A DNA stretch of 64,000 bases from an uncultured Planctomycetota bacterium (GTDB lineage: Bacteria; Planctomycetota; Planctomycetia; Isosphaerales; Isosphaeraceae), in contig CAWGMQ010000004.1 of NCBI GenBank assembly GCA_963823665.1, positions 1,408,001 to 1,472,000 of the forward strand, given 5' to 3'. The position numbers and the translations under genes were made by a program. Under the pieces are notes generated by a model that saw nothing but the letters and a program-made list of their open reading frames with translations, was not told where the DNA came from and searched no databases. Of this stretch, positions 33,501 through 44,224 are shown piece after piece (the first letter of the stretch is position 1; each line of letters starts with the position of its first letter).

Positions 33501-34233
33501 TCTTTCCGACGACCACCCCGATCGACGCTCGTAGCGTGGCCTCTTCAAGGGCCGCTGGCAAAACGGTCGAGATCGCGTCCGGCGACGTGAATGCTGGAAT
33601 CACCGCAGGCGCCAGACCGCGGCGAGTCAAGCGTGCCTTCAATCGATCGCGTGCTGTGGCCAGACGGCTCCGCACCGTGCCCACCGGCCGACCGAGCCGC
33701 TCGGCCGCCGCTTCGTGCGTGAGACCTTCCAGGTAGCACAAGACTACGGCCGAGCGATATCGCTCGGGTAGTCGCCCGATCTCCTGGTGAATCGCCCGCG
33801 CTGCCTCGTCATCGAGTGCCGCGCCTGCCGTCGACCCAGGATTCATCATGGCATGTCTCCGCTCGTGTCGCTCTCGTCGTGCAGCACGTGATCGCTCGGT
33901 CCGGGAGACCCGCAGCGCCACGCCATACAGCCACGACGCAACCGACACCTGCCGGCGAATCGACCTGGCCCGGCCGGCGAGAACGAGGAACGTCGCCTGA
34001 AAAGCATCCTCCGCTTGATGTTCATTGCCCAGCACGCCGCGACAAACCCGGAGCACCATCGCGCCGTGCCTCTCGAGCAGCACCGAAAACGCGAGCTCAG
34101 CGCTCTCGTCTCGCTCAGAGCTCGCGGAAATGAACTGCTCGAGAAGCTCGGAGTCGCTCTTGTTTGAGAGCGTCCCCGCCCGGAATAGTGCCGTCAGATA
34201 TTCACTTGCCGAGCCCGATGATCCGCCGCTCAC
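30553..34233 (-). CDS. ECF sigma-70 factor with TM helix and long C-terminal extension (carboxypeptidase-regulatory-like repeats, helical repeats)
   Basis: SDSELLEQF...RHGAMVLRVC...AEDAFQATFLVLA, SWLYGVA, LPERYRSAVVLCYLEGLTHE, GTVRSRL. GTG start at 34233 with GGAGG RBS (alternative ATG 34278); the upstream part of the ORF track is spurious. Confidence 0.88.
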   Translation of the reverse strand: MSGGSSGSASEYLTALFRAGTLSNKSDSELLEQFISASSERDESAELAFSVLLERHGAMVLRVCRGVLGNEHQAEDAFQATFLVLAGRARSIRRQVSVASWLYGVALRVSRTERSRAARRERHERRHAMMNPGSTAGAALDDEAARAIHQEIGRLPERYRSAVVLCYLEGLTHEAAAERLGRPVGTVRSRLATARDRLKARLTRRGLAPAVIPAFTSPDAISTVLPAALEEATLRASIGVVVGKTSITGVASAEAIALMEGTMKNMMIGRVVVAVTTVLAAGLVTVGAGVIVHAALARENSTAPVRMLDDAAVPRESAGQENGAKQEAQRGSAPIAKDREAVGKTPMKRPEPIFIQVEAIDSQGKPLSGAQVGVSVSYSPRRTRELSRMHNSVSDEHGRASSSILDLAPGEQAQAATIWAYKPGRSLAWMTVPIAAKSPAPVRLTLEDPVNRTMTVVGHDGRPIEGVRVVPRLLQIGSTRSAASIPDEWLQELARTTDENGAVAITCVPRSMNMLTFNVVGAGIAQHTLEVPAPAGKDKYVVKLGRIGRLVGVVRNESGEPVVDVPVSVWVRASGTRSPGVGAPRGRRRATRTEAIGLERELMRTGPEGAFRTPAALLGGLSYRVSIRHDGYAPFVSEWVELDGERTAVSAIRLRALRRLNGFVRDKQGQPVAGARVFLPSRGPSATTDSLGHFELDEIDPEKTFVLVQKAGFRFQGWPLDASVTLGEMRLTLARASEPPEQVITPLADPLLDTELKALGARLLEQSLKSVMAGDDDFAKYMPLMSVIEFEPGRVREILNDGKIKNARIVEQLRGELAIQAAGKDATDAQAQVAAISEPRLKVNFLVRLAAALPRSAQDRKRALLDEAIVQARAIPAIPVKLSTLGPVIKELLDLGMLESAKPLVEEGLKILNSRPIGNPTFASAFMDQAARLDPAEALARIQKISNARDRDMRYGNAAVELSASHPAEAEKLFGLIEERTGFFMYGTIVRLCRRLAEVDLPRARRIAAGIETPGARACAWASTAIGVAAHDKAAALESLDRSLEAIDSMLESGPGVEPITNLDGTDAIYPTNPAAVILPVVEQVAPERLAEFFWRAVALHVRIDADDEDRLQRSAIGALCMLLSHYNRDAAAVLFEPMNAYIQSVVAEKSRSGELTSSALTAKACLDPRAGVQLLELLPGAQAQSPAEGWNEARLLVAEAFSLPPDLRWKRLWRSIRAQLPLEVE

Positions 34234-34406
34234 AGCCCTGAACACCTCCACAAAGATGGTGTGCGATTGTGTTATCATCCTAGTAGTATCACGAGCAGGC
34301 AGCACCAATCGATTTTTTCCACAGAAGTTTGATTGGAAAGATAGCCTGCTGACGTAAAGCCGTGCAGACCACCGGTTGGCGAGAATTCCGTTTCGAGGTT
34401 GCGACG

Positions 34407-36554
34407 ATGAGACAAAGCAAAGCATCGCGCCCGCCACTTTGCCGGTTGGTGGCGCTCCTGGCTCTGCTTGGCGACTCGGCGTCATCTGCCATGGCCGACG
34501 AGCCTGTGCCCCTGCGCTACACAACCTCCTGGCTCGGCAATTCCTTCGGCGGCGGCCCAGATTGGGTCCAGAATTTCGCCGAGAGCCTTTGCGTGCTGCC
34601 GGACGGCACCTGCGTCGTGGGCAGCTTCTGGGATGAGGCAGGCCGTGAGGTTGGAATCTACAAGGACGGCAGGCCCGTTGCAAAGCTCGAGCACACCCAC
34701 ATGCGCGGCGGCAAGGCAATTGCCGCGGGTGCGAATTATCTCTTTTACGCACACACGTGCGTGCGCGACGACCAAGCCGAGGCCGCCGCGGGCGAGGCGC
34801 GGCGGGAGACGCCGATTTGTTTGTTCGGCATCTCCCGCTACACATCGGACGGCAAGGTCGCGCCGTTTCCGGGCGGCAAGACGCGACACAAGAACATGGT
34901 CGTGTTTCGTGAAGCCCGCGACAACCACGATTTGATCGCTCGCGGCCTCGCGACCGACGGCAAGCTTCTCTACGTGGCCGACACGCTTCAGGACCGCATT
35001 CGCGTGTTCGACGTGAACTCGATGGGGCCAGTGCGTGACTTCGCGGCAACGATGCCCGAGCGGCTGGCGCTCGACCGAGAGGGAAATTTCTGGGCCATCC
35101 AGCACGGAGGCAAGACGGTCCTCTCTTTCACGGGCGCCGGCAAGGCCCGCGAGATGAGCGTTCCTCTTCCGACGACATCGGTCGCCACGTCGCTGAGCTT
35201 CGCCCCCGACGGCCGTCTGGTCGTCACGGATAACGGTCCCAGGCAGCAGGTTCTTTTCTTTGATGTTTCCGCGCCGACAGCGAAGCTCGTCGGGACGTTT
35301 GGCGAACAGGGCGGGATGTTTGCCGAGCCCCATCGTGGCCGCGCCGGTCCGTTGCGTCTGGCGGGGCCGGCCGGGGCAGGATTCGACGCGGCAGGCAACT
35401 TCTACATCGCCTGCAACGTCCCACGTGGCGGAACGGTCTTGCGCGCCTTCTCGCCGGAAAAAACGCTCAAGTGGGAAGCGCTTGGTCTCGAGTTCCTGGA
35501 CGTAGCCGATAGTCTTGCCGGCAGTAACGGCCGCGACATCTTCACGGCCGATGACCGTTATGCGTTCGACCCCTCCGCCGCGCCAGGCCGGGGCTGGAAA
35601 TGGGTCGCCCACACACTCGACCCGTTCCGATTTCCGGACGACTTGCGGCTGCATCTGCCCGCCCTCCAGTGTGGCACCAGCCTGCGCGTTCTGGGCGGTG
35701 AGACCTTTCTCTGTCAGCGCGGCATGTGGCAGGGCGTTCTGGGCCTGTACCGTCTCGACGGCGACCTCGCGATTCCCAGCGTCGTCTTGAGCGCCGGCCC
35801 AATAAAGGCCGACAAATCCGACTGGCGGCCCGCCGGCCAGCCTGCAAGTGGACGGTGGCTCTGGCGAGACACCAACGGCGACGGTGGTTTCGACCCCGGT
35901 GAATACACTGCCACGGACGGGCCAACTGGCGAATACTGGGCGAGCAACGTCGACCTGGCCGGAAACCTGTGGCAGGCTGGCCGTGAGTCGGGTATCTGGC
36001 GGTGGAAGTTCCTCGGCCTCGATTCGCAACGGAACCCTCGATACGAACCAACGCCCGAGCATCGAGAAATGCCCGCCCCATTCACGGACTTGCTCCGCAC
36101 CGAGTACGAGCCGGCCTCCGACGTCATGTGGCTCACCGGCCAGACGCAGGATCTGCCTATTTCGGGCGAGGAATGGGGAACAGCGGGAACGGTTGTCGCG
36201 CGCTATGACAACTGGTCCAAGAATCCAAAGGCACCGCGATATCGGGTCGACCTCCCTTACAAGGCCGGCGAGCGATTCATGGTGTCGTTCTGCGTCGCGG
36301 GGGACCTGTTCTTCACCGTCGACTGCAAAAGCGCCACGGTCTACGTCTATGAAAAGCAGACTGGACGCCACGTGGGCACTCTTTCTCCCGGCCCCGAAGT
36401 ACACCGCGAAAGCGGCTGGCTCGACTTCCGCGACGCCCTCCGCGCCACGCGGCTGGAAGACGGTTCGTACCTCATCTTCGCCGAAGAAGACTGGAAGGCG
36501 AAAATCATCGTGTATCATCTGCAAGACCCGCTGAGAATCGGAGAGCGAGAATGA
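34407..36554 (+). CDS. Secreted NHL-repeat / beta-propeller protein
   Basis: Signal peptide; LATDGKLLYVADT..DRIRVFD, LALDREGN and FDAAGNFY repeats; DTNGDG Ca-type motif. Confidence 0.75.
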   Translation: MRQSKASRPPLCRLVALLALLGDSASSAMADEPVPLRYTTSWLGNSFGGGPDWVQNFAESLCVLPDGTCVVGSFWDEAGREVGIYKDGRPVAKLEHTHMRGGKAIAAGANYLFYAHTCVRDDQAEAAAGEARRETPICLFGISRYTSDGKVAPFPGGKTRHKNMVVFREARDNHDLIARGLATDGKLLYVADTLQDRIRVFDVNSMGPVRDFAATMPERLALDREGNFWAIQHGGKTVLSFTGAGKAREMSVPLPTTSVATSLSFAPDGRLVVTDNGPRQQVLFFDVSAPTAKLVGTFGEQGGMFAEPHRGRAGPLRLAGPAGAGFDAAGNFYIACNVPRGGTVLRAFSPEKTLKWEALGLEFLDVADSLAGSNGRDIFTADDRYAFDPSAAPGRGWKWVAHTLDPFRFPDDLRLHLPALQCGTSLRVLGGETFLCQRGMWQGVLGLYRLDGDLAIPSVVLSAGPIKADKSDWRPAGQPASGRWLWRDTNGDGGFDPGEYTATDGPTGEYWASNVDLAGNLWQAGRESGIWRWKFLGLDSQRNPRYEPTPEHREMPAPFTDLLRTEYEPASDVMWLTGQTQDLPISGEEWGTAGTVVARYDNWSKNPKAPRYRVDLPYKAGERFMVSFCVAGDLFFTVDCKSATVYVYEKQTGRHVGTLSPGPEVHRESGWLDFRDALRATRLEDGSYLIFAEEDWKAKIIVYHLQDPLRIGERE

Positions 36555-36781
36555 GCACGCTCAGCCTGCGACTGCCCGAGTCTTTGCATAAGCAGTTGAA
36601 AGAAGTCGCCGAGCGTGAAGGCGTCTCGATCAATCAGCTCATCACGACCGCCGTCGCCGAGAAGATGTCGGCGCTCATGACGGCCGAATATCTTGAAGAA
36701 CGCGCCGCACGTGCAGGTCGTTCGGCATTCGATGGCGTTCTGTCCAGGGTACGCGAGCACCCAGCGAGGCAAGACGACTAG
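36551..36781 (+). CDS. Ribbon-helix-helix antitoxin (HicB-like/CopG family), orphan
   Basis: MSTLSLRLPESLHKQLKEVAEREGVSINQLITTAVAEKMSAL. Confidence 0.85.
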   Translation: MSTLSLRLPESLHKQLKEVAEREGVSINQLITTAVAEKMSALMTAEYLEERAARAGRSAFDGVLSRVREHPARQDD

Positions 36782-36807
36782 ATCGGCAATCCGTGAGGAG
36801 ATCTCGC

Positions 36808-38052
36808 ATGCCGCAAAACTTTAGCGTTTGGCTCGCCCGATCTGTGCTTCTGGCACTCTTGATCCTCTTCGGCCCACACGCGGTCACCGCCCAACCGCCG
36901 GCGTCGTCAGCCAAACCCAAGTCCCCGCGCGCATCATGGCCCACTACATGCCGTGGTATGAGGGCAAGCCCGTGAGCCCACACTGGGGCTGGCACTGGAC
37001 GATGGGAACGTTTGATCCCGAACGCAAAGAGGCGGGCCAGCCCATGATCGCGTCTCATTATCACCCACTGATCGGGCCGTATGATTCGGGCGACCCGGAC
37101 GTCATCGAATACCACGCTCTCCTGATGAAACTGGCGGGCATCGATGGCGTTGTCTTCGACTGGTATGGAACCGTCGAGCACTTCGATTACGCGAGCATCC
37201 ACCGCCACGCATTGGCATTCGTCCGCCAGGCGGTCGAGACCCGCCTCGAGTTCGCCGTGTGCTACGAAGATCAGACGATTCCCAAACTTGTGGAGGCGGG
37301 TAAATTGAAGGCGACGCGAGCGCGTCGAGCACGCCCGCCGCGAGATCGAATGGCTCCAAAAGAACTGGTTCGGCGAGCCGGCTTACCTCAAGCTCGACAA
37401 CCACCCGGTGTTGCTCTCGTTCGGACGTGAGGGCTTGACCGACGCGGAATGGACCGATGCGCTCAAAGGGTCAGCAAATCCATTAGTGGATCTCAGTGAG
37501 CACACCCGTCGCAGTGCAGCCTCAGGTGCGTTCGATTGGCCGGTGCCCCAGGTGGGCACGAAGGCTCAAGACTCCTTTTACAAGACAGCGAGCACCTGGC
37601 CCGCGGCGATGGCCGTGGCTTTCCCTCGATTCCACGACATCTACGAGCAGGCCAAGATCCACAAGAGCTGGGGCACGATCGACGACAACGCAGGCAAGAC
37701 CTTCGCGGCAACACTCGAAACAGCTCTCAAGAGCGGCTTGCCGCTCGTCCAGATCAGCACCTGGAATGATTGGGGCGAGGGGACTGTCATCGAGCCATCC
37801 ATCGAATTTGGCTACCGCGATCTCGAAACCGTTCAGCGCCTTCGCCGCCAGTTCATTGAACGGGAATTCCCGTGTCAACCCGCCGATCTTCGCCTGCCGC
37901 TGCGGCTCTACAAACTTAGGAAGCAAGCCGGGAAACGCGGCATTCCAGGCGCTCAGCTCGATGAGGCGGCGGCGCTCCTGGCCAAGCGCGTCGCCGGAGC
38001 AGCAAGCGAGCGGCTGGATGCAATCGAAAAGATGATGCCGCCCGAACCGTGA
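36808..38052 (+). CDS. Secreted GH99/GH71-like glycoside hydrolase, frameshifts near 36930 and 37315
   Basis: [50 protein letters not shown]. Confidence 0.75.
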
Positions 38053-38461
38053 TCGCCACGGGATCACAGCTAACCCGCGCACCGCTTCGGATTGACAGAC
38101 TTCCGGTCCTCCGCTACAGTCCCCGCCACGGTCGGGTTTCAGGCGCTTTTGAGTTTTCCCGGCCGCGATTTTTGATCAACCTTACCGATCGTTCAACCGC
38201 AAGAGGGCAAAGGAATTCGGGTCGACTGATCGTGCTCCTTCGCTTCGGGCCACATCCAAGAATCTGCATTTCGATTACCTGCCCAACTCAACCGAGCCGA
38301 GAACCTCGTCCCGCGCTCTCACCCCGCAAGCGGCGCTTTCCGCGTGAGTCAGCGATCCTGCCGCGGAAGCTTCGTCGCGTGCCGTCCGGCCGCGAGCCGA
38401 TCACCGGCTACGCTGTCGCATGGCGAGGGATATCGGAGTGAACGGTCGAGAGGACGTTCCC

Positions 38462-39274
38462 ATGCCATGGATCTACGGCTTGAGCAAACGGATTGCCTTC
38501 GCGCTGGTCGTGACGGCCCTCGGAATCCTCTCCTCGCACGCGCGCGGCGATCTGATCCGGTCGAATCCTTCCCGTTCGTTTCCAGACATCGCCGGCGACA
38601 TTGTCGGCTCGCAGACCTACACGTACGACCCGGTTACCCAGACCGGCCTTTTCCAGGTCGTGAATGCGCCTCACTTGATCTCGCTCGGTCCGTCGCCCAA
38701 AGACATGGTTCAGATGCTGCCCGAGCATGACGGTACCCTCACGCAATCGCTTCAGATGAAGCTCGACCGGCACGGCAGGCTGATCAACAGCCCGGCCAAT
38801 ACTTTCGAGATTCGCGGCACCGTCGTGATCGGCGACCAGACTTACCGGGGTGTGTTGCTCAAAGGAACGCCGATCGCATTCGGGGCAGTGCCACCCGATG
38901 ATTCGTCGTCTGGGCGGAAGAAGGGCGAAGTGTTCGATCTGAACATGAAGATCACGGAGGGCGAGCTGAAAGAAGCGTTCGGCAGCGAGGCCTACCTGCG
39001 AATCACGCCGCAGTCCGACAGCACGTTCGACGGCCGGTTCACGATCGACTTCTCGAGCGACAAGCCGCTCACCAACCTGCGGCCGGCGCGCTCGGGAATG
39101 CCCGCTGCTGTTCCCGAGCCGTCCGCGCTCGTCACGTTCCTGACCATCGGCGCGGCCGTGTTCGTGTACCGTCTGCGCCGCCGGTCCGCCGCCCGAGCAA
39201 CCCGGCGATGCGACAGCCCTGAACCGGCATCACGCCTGCATGCGCCGCCTCGAACCACGATTGAACTCGATTAA
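38462..39274 (+). CDS. PEP-CTERM sorting domain protein
   Basis: Signal peptide ending ARG-D; C-terminal VPEPSAL plus TM helix plus RLRRR. Confidence 0.88.
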   Translation: MPWIYGLSKRIAFALVVTALGILSSHARGDLIRSNPSRSFPDIAGDIVGSQTYTYDPVTQTGLFQVVNAPHLISLGPSPKDMVQMLPEHDGTLTQSLQMKLDRHGRLINSPANTFEIRGTVVIGDQTYRGVLLKGTPIAFGAVPPDDSSSGRKKGEVFDLNMKITEGELKEAFGSEAYLRITPQSDSTFDGRFTIDFSSDKPLTNLRPARSGMPAAVPEPSALVTFLTIGAAVFVYRLRRRSAARATRRCDSPEPASRLHAPPRTTIELD

Positions 39275-40107
39275 TCCGCCTGCATCGACGCCGACAGCTT
39301 CCCGAGTGCTTCATTCTCGATCTGGCGCACGCGCTCGCGAGTGAGGCCGAGCGACTCGCCGATCTCTTTGAGCGTCTTCGGTGGAGCGTCATTCAAGCCG
39401 AATCGCATGCGCAAGACCGTGGCCTCGCGCTTGTCCATCTCCTCGAGCCGGTCGAGAACGAGCCGCAGGTTGTCGGCTTCGACCATCATCACGTCGGGCG
39501 CACGCGTACGCTCGTCCATGAGCATCTCGCCCAGGCTCCAGCCATTCTCCGGCTGATCAGTCTGCGGCACGAGGTTGTAGACCTTGATCGCCTTCTTGAC
39601 GATCGCCAGTTTCTTCTTGGGCAATTCGAGCGCTTGCGCAATCTCTTCAATGCTCGGCGAGCGGCCGAGCGAATCTGTCAGGTCAGCGGCCATCCTGCGC
39701 CATTTGAACAAAAGCTCGACCATATATGCGGGGATTCGAATCGGCTTGGCCGTATTCACCAGTGCCCGCTTGATTGACTGCTTGATCCAGTAGCTCGCAT
39801 AAGTGCTGAACCGCGTCCCGACCGCCGGGTCAAAACCCTGGACAGCACGCAAGAGCCCGAGGTTTCCCTCTTCGATCAAGTCCTGGAGCGAGAGCCCCTT
39901 ACCTATATAGCCGCGTGCGATGTTCACCACAAGGCGCAGGTTGGCCCGCACCATCCGGTCGCGGGCCAGCTTGTCGCCATCGGCGATCCGGTAGGCCAGC
40001 TCTTTCTCTTCGTCGGCGGTCAGCAGAGCCACTTCGTTGATTTCCCGGAGATAGGTCTCCAGGGGGCTCTGCACAATATCACGTCGGTGTCGGCGAATCC
40101 GGGCCAT
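39271..40107 (-). CDS. RNA polymerase sigma-70 factor, RpoD/RpoS-like, lacking region 1.1
   Basis: LETYLREI, ANLRLVVNIAR, DLIEEGNLGL, RFSTYASYWIKQ, TLKEIG..LGLTRERVRQIE. Confidence 0.93.
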   Translation of the reverse strand: MARIRRHRRDIVQSPLETYLREINEVALLTADEEKELAYRIADGDKLARDRMVRANLRLVVNIARGYIGKGLSLQDLIEEGNLGLLRAVQGFDPAVGTRFSTYASYWIKQSIKRALVNTAKPIRIPAYMVELLFKWRRMAADLTDSLGRSPSIEEIAQALELPKKKLAIVKKAIKVYNLVPQTDQPENGWSLGEMLMDERTRAPDVMMVEADNLRLVLDRLEEMDKREATVLRMRFGLNDAPPKTLKEIGESLGLTRERVRQIENEALGKLSASMQAD

Positions 40108-40692
40108 GAAAGTCCTCGTTGAGTCGATCGAAACAGGGGTCGCTCACATAGGTTGGGCTCGACCGAAAACAACCATGCCGGACCGCCGTACCACACTCTC
40201 GGCGCTTGCAATCCAGTCGCGGCCACCCTCGCCCGCAACCGGAGACCAATCCGGACCCGGTTGTCCAACTCGGCTCTCACCCCCAAACCGTGACTTGTGA
40301 CTTCTCCTGGCAAAGTCTCGGCGTCCCAGCCGAAGCTCAGCCCTTTCGCCGCGTCCAAGTAGCCGCCACTGCGTGCGGTCCTCGACGCGAATCACCGGCT
40401 GAAAGGGCGAGTCAAGCCTGGCTCCGAAGCCACAGTACGTGCTCCAGGCCAAAACCCACTGCTCCTCTTCAACTCCCCTCGCCGCTCACGCTCTCACACA
40501 TTCCCTATCGGACCATCCCCTTTGATAACTTAAGACGTCCTGTAAATATAGGGCATATTGGGGATTTGAGAAGTTTAGGAATATCGAAGATACTGCGGGT
40601 CATGGGAAATGCGATGCTCGTGCGACCTGCGGCTGTCCTAATGGCTTGGTCGACAAAGACGTGCGCGTTTGCGCGAGGGTCTGACGATTTGC

Positions 40693-40740
40693 AAAAAACG
40701 AAGCCGCCAGCCCGAACGAGTGTTCGAGCTGCGGCTTTTT
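40693..40740 (-). terminator. Intrinsic terminator downstream of rpsA (possibly bidirectional)
   Basis: Imperfect stem AAGCCGCCAGCCCGAAC-GAGT-GTTCGAGCTGCGGCTT, flanked by A6 and T5 tracts. Confidence 0.7.
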
Positions 40741-40783
40741 GATTGTGGAACAGTGGCAGGCCGCGGGCACGCCCGCCGCCGGT

Positions 40784-42577
40784 TCAGGACTCCGCTTGTT
40801 CGTCGGCGGGTGTCTCGGCGGCCGTGGGCGACCCTCCCATGCTGAAGAGCGGGCCGCCGCCGCCCAAGCCGCCTTTAAGCTCTTTGGGAGGCTCTGCGGA
40901 AGGATCGGTCTGTGCTGCGCCTTCCTCGCGGTCGCCGTCGCCTTTGTTCCAGTGGGCCTTCTTCCGCGACAAGCCGATCTTTCGCTCTCCCCGGTCAACC
41001 CGAAGGATCTTGACCTCGATCTCGTCGCCGACCTTGACCACTTCCTCGGGGCTTTCGACTTTGTGATCGGCCAGCTCCGAGATGTGCAGCAATCCTTCCA
41101 GTCCGGGTTCGAGCTCAACGAAGACACCGAAGTTGGTGAGCTTGGTGACCTTTCCTTTGACCATGTCGTTCGGCTCGTAGCGGCCCGGGATGTCGGTTTC
41201 CCATGGGTCATCTCTGAGCTGTTTGAGCCCCAGTGCGATCCGTTTGCGCTCCTGGTCGACGTTCAAGACCTGGCAGGAAATCCGCTGGCCTTTCTCGAGG
41301 ATCTCGTTGGGGTGTCCAATCTTTCTGGTCCAGCTCATATCCGAGATATGCAACAGGCCGTCGATTCCCTCTTCGATCTCGATGAACGCCCCGTAGTTGG
41401 TGAGATTGCGGACCGTCCCCTCGACCATGGTGCCGGGCGGGTATTTGCCCGCGACCTGGTCCCAGGGGTTGACCTGGGTCTGCTTCATTCCCAGGGAGAT
41501 CTCCTGCTTGTCGCGGTTGATCCCCAGAACGACCACTTCGATCTTGTCGCCGATGTTGACCAGCTCGCTCGGGTGGTTGATGCGCTTGGTCCAGCTCATC
41601 TCGGAGATGTGCACCAGACCCTCGATCCCCTCCTCGAGCTTCACGAAGGCGCCATAGGTCATGACGTTCACGACCTCGCCGGTGACGCGGGTGCCCACCG
41701 GGTACTTCTTCTCGACGTTTTCCCACGGGCTTGCCGACTTCTGCTTGAGCCCCAGCGCGATCTTCTCGCGCTCCTTGTCGACGTGAAGCACCATCACGTC
41801 GACCTGATCGTCGATCTTCAGCATGTCGCTGGGATGGTTGATGCGGCCCCAGCTCATGTCGGTGATGTGGAGCAGACCGTCGATGCCGCCCAGGTCGACA
41901 AACGCGCCGAAGTCGGCGATGTTCTTGACGGTGCCTCTGCGAACTTGACCGACGGTGATCTCCTCGAGCAATTGCTTCTTCTGGTGCTCGCGCGTGATCT
42001 CGATCAGCTTGCGCCGGCTGACCACGATGTTGCGGCGGCTTTCGTCAATCTTGAGAATCATGCATTCGATCTCTTGATCGATGTAGTCGGCGATATCCGA
42101 CGGACGGCGGATATCGACCTGGCTCGCCGGCAGGAAGACGTTGACGCCGATATCGACGAGCAAGCCTCCTTTGATCTTCCGCGTGACCTTGCCTTTGACG
42201 ACGTCTCCCTCGTGATGGCGCGTGATGACTGTTTCCCAGGCGCGCATCCGATGCGCCTTCTTCCGCGACAAGACGATCTCGCCGGTTTCGTCTTCCATGC
42301 CCTCCAGCAGCACCTCGACATTTTCGCCCGCAACCGGCGGCGGCTCATCCTCCCACTCGCCCAGGGGAACCAACCCCTCGGACTTGTAGCCGACATCCAC
42401 CACGACCTGGTCGCCGACAATCTCGACGACCCTCCCCGAGACAATTCTGCCAATCTCGAAGCTTTGACCTTCGCCCAGCACTTGATCGAGGGTGTTCGAG
42501 CCGTCTTCCGCCGTGACCAGGGCGGTGAGCTCGTCTTCGTTGACATCGAATTCGCGGAGCAGATTACGATCTACCAT
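40784..42577 (-). CDS. rpsA: 30S ribosomal protein S1
   Basis: Repeated S1 domains ([43 protein letters not shown] and others). Confidence 0.98.
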   Translation of the reverse strand: MVDRNLLREFDVNEDELTALVTAEDGSNTLDQVLGEGQSFEIGRIVSGRVVEIVGDQVVVDVGYKSEGLVPLGEWEDEPPPVAGENVEVLLEGMEDETGEIVLSRKKAHRMRAWETVITRHHEGDVVKGKVTRKIKGGLLVDIGVNVFLPASQVDIRRPSDIADYIDQEIECMILKIDESRRNIVVSRRKLIEITREHQKKQLLEEITVGQVRRGTVKNIADFGAFVDLGGIDGLLHITDMSWGRINHPSDMLKIDDQVDVMVLHVDKEREKIALGLKQKSASPWENVEKKYPVGTRVTGEVVNVMTYGAFVKLEEGIEGLVHISEMSWTKRINHPSELVNIGDKIEVVVLGINRDKQEISLGMKQTQVNPWDQVAGKYPPGTMVEGTVRNLTNYGAFIEIEEGIDGLLHISDMSWTRKIGHPNEILEKGQRISCQVLNVDQERKRIALGLKQLRDDPWETDIPGRYEPNDMVKGKVTKLTNFGVFVELEPGLEGLLHISELADHKVESPEEVVKVGDEIEVKILRVDRGERKIGLSRKKAHWNKGDGDREEGAAQTDPSAEPPKELKGGLGGGGPLFSMGGSPTAAETPADEQAES

Positions 42578-42950
42578 GTTCCCGTTTCATCTCTCTTCCG
42601 CCCCGCCAGAAGACCAGCGGCAGCGGAGCATCGACTCAATCTCCCTTTCGATTCGGAGACAACGAATGTTGAACCATCCTGGCTCCACGGTTCGCAGATA
42701 CTCCGTTCTCGGGCGATTGGTTGACGCAAACCATTGTGATGGAAAAATAAACGCCGCTCCTCAACGCAAGGAGCGCACCGATACAAGCTGCTATTATAGA
42801 GCCCGCGTTCATGAAAACAACACGCACTCGGCCTCCCGGTTCACAACACCCCCGCCGATCCCGCTATTGACCGAATTCCGGGCGCCGGATAGCCTTCCGC
42901 ATCCGCATGGCAAAACGCCGCGCGAACGGATGTAGGCCGGTGAGTCGAGA

Positions 42951-43499
42951 ATGGACTCGAGATCCGCATTGGACGCACGCGGAATTGCGCTTGCCCTGGC
43001 AACGATATGCTCGCTCTGCCACTGCGGGTGCGCCACCGTTGCGCCAAAGGTTGAACATACCAGCGTGCCTGCCGGTGGATTCAGCGGGGGACGGGCCATT
43101 CAAGATTTCCCGCGCGATCCGACCGCCGTCAGCATCGCCGTCGCCGAATCGCTCGAAGACCTGAAGATGTCCGACATCAGGCGCTCGCGCGACGGGACCG
43201 TCGTCAAGCTCGAAGCCACGACGGAGGACAACCGCTCCGTACTGGTAACCGTGCGCCCGCACCAGGATCAATCACGCGTCGGCTGCCGCGTCGGGTGGTT
43301 CGGCGACGAGCCACTGTCCAAGGCCGTCATGGAGCGAATCGGAATCCGCCTGGAACTCCTTCCCCCGGCCCCGATCCCCGACAAACCCCCCAGCTCCCCA
43401 GCACCAAATCCCTTCCTGCTCCGCGACGAGGCTTCCAAGGAGAACTGGATCCGCGACATGATCGAGGCCCCATACCGCGATCGCTCGGGTGGTCCGTAA
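42951..43499 (+). CDS. Lipoprotein, DUF3568-like
   Basis: Cys-containing lipobox region (CGC); RVGWFGDEPLSKAVMERI motif. Confidence 0.65.
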   Translation: MDSRSALDARGIALALATICSLCHCGCATVAPKVEHTSVPAGGFSGGRAIQDFPRDPTAVSIAVAESLEDLKMSDIRRSRDGTVVKLEATTEDNRSVLVTVRPHQDQSRVGCRVGWFGDEPLSKAVMERIGIRLELLPPAPIPDKPPSSPAPNPFLLRDEASKENWIRDMIEAPYRDRSGGP

Positions 43500-43540
43500 A
43501 CTCCCCCGCTCGCCGAAACCTCCGCACGGCTCACTCTGCC

Positions 43541-43568
43541 AAGGCGCCTTCGTGGCGCCTTTCTGTTT
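43541..43568 (+). terminator. Probable intrinsic terminator after the lipoprotein gene
   Basis: Perfect 8-bp stem AAGGCGCC-TTCGT-GGCGCCTT followed by TCTGTTT. Confidence 0.6.
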
Positions 43569-44224
43569 AGTTTGGCCAATCGCGGCCCGCGGCGATTCGA
43601 GCATCCATGTCGAATCGGACCGCGGACCGTGAGGCCAGATGGTGAGGAAACGGGTCCACGCAAGCGCAGACTCGCCCCACCAGCAACAAGACCCAACCAC
43701 GCCTCGGCATCCCTGCCGCCTGGAATAGGGCCTCTCATTTTTCGATTGATTGACCGGACCAGCGTGAACTCGTAGCCCGGCGGCGATCAGACGGAGAGTG
43801 ATTATCGAATCAAGCTAGAATCAAGGTGCCTCATGAACATTTGTGCGAACATCTGGCGTTCGCGTCGATTGTCGTGTGACAAAATACGACGATTTCCTGC
43901 GGCAGTCAACCCACTCTGAAGTTTTTTTTGGAATTCGTCCGTCGAGTATCCGATCTGGTCGAGTGGATCGCTGGTCACCTCGAGCCCCGCAGTAATCCGG
44001 AACGGCCCCTTGGTGCGCGCCCGCACGTTCGCCAGGCCAGAATCGCGGCGCGGGTCCGGCGATCGATTGCGTTTCGCCGACCGTCAATGGCAGACTCAAG
44101 CCCGCGGCCGCTTTCGCCGCTGCCTGCGCGGGCTCTCCTCGAGAGCGCATCCCAGCCGGCGGCGAGTCGCCATAGTAGACGTCTAGCTTCTGTGCTGTGG
44201 TTATCCTCAACCGAGGTTTCGTTG

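Noticed and set aside
34279..35049. N-terminal ~260 aa of the 1498-aa ORF
   Set aside because: Arg/Cys/Pro-rich antisense read-through of the NHL gene; the sigma domain starts near 34233.
40108..40690. Long region upstream of the sigma factor as a possible ncRNA or tRNA
   Set aside because: No cloverleaf or T-loop and no recognisable RNA family motif by eye; a covariance-model search would be needed.
40739..42724. 661-aa plus-strand ORF (and similar long antisense ORFs such as 34482-36524)
   Set aside because: Antisense shadows of rpsA and the NHL gene, expected in GC-rich DNA.
43833..43862. GAAC/GTTC repeats resembling an SOS box
   Set aside because: Spacing matches neither GAAC-N4-GTTC nor GAAC-N7-GAAC, and no repair gene is adjacent.
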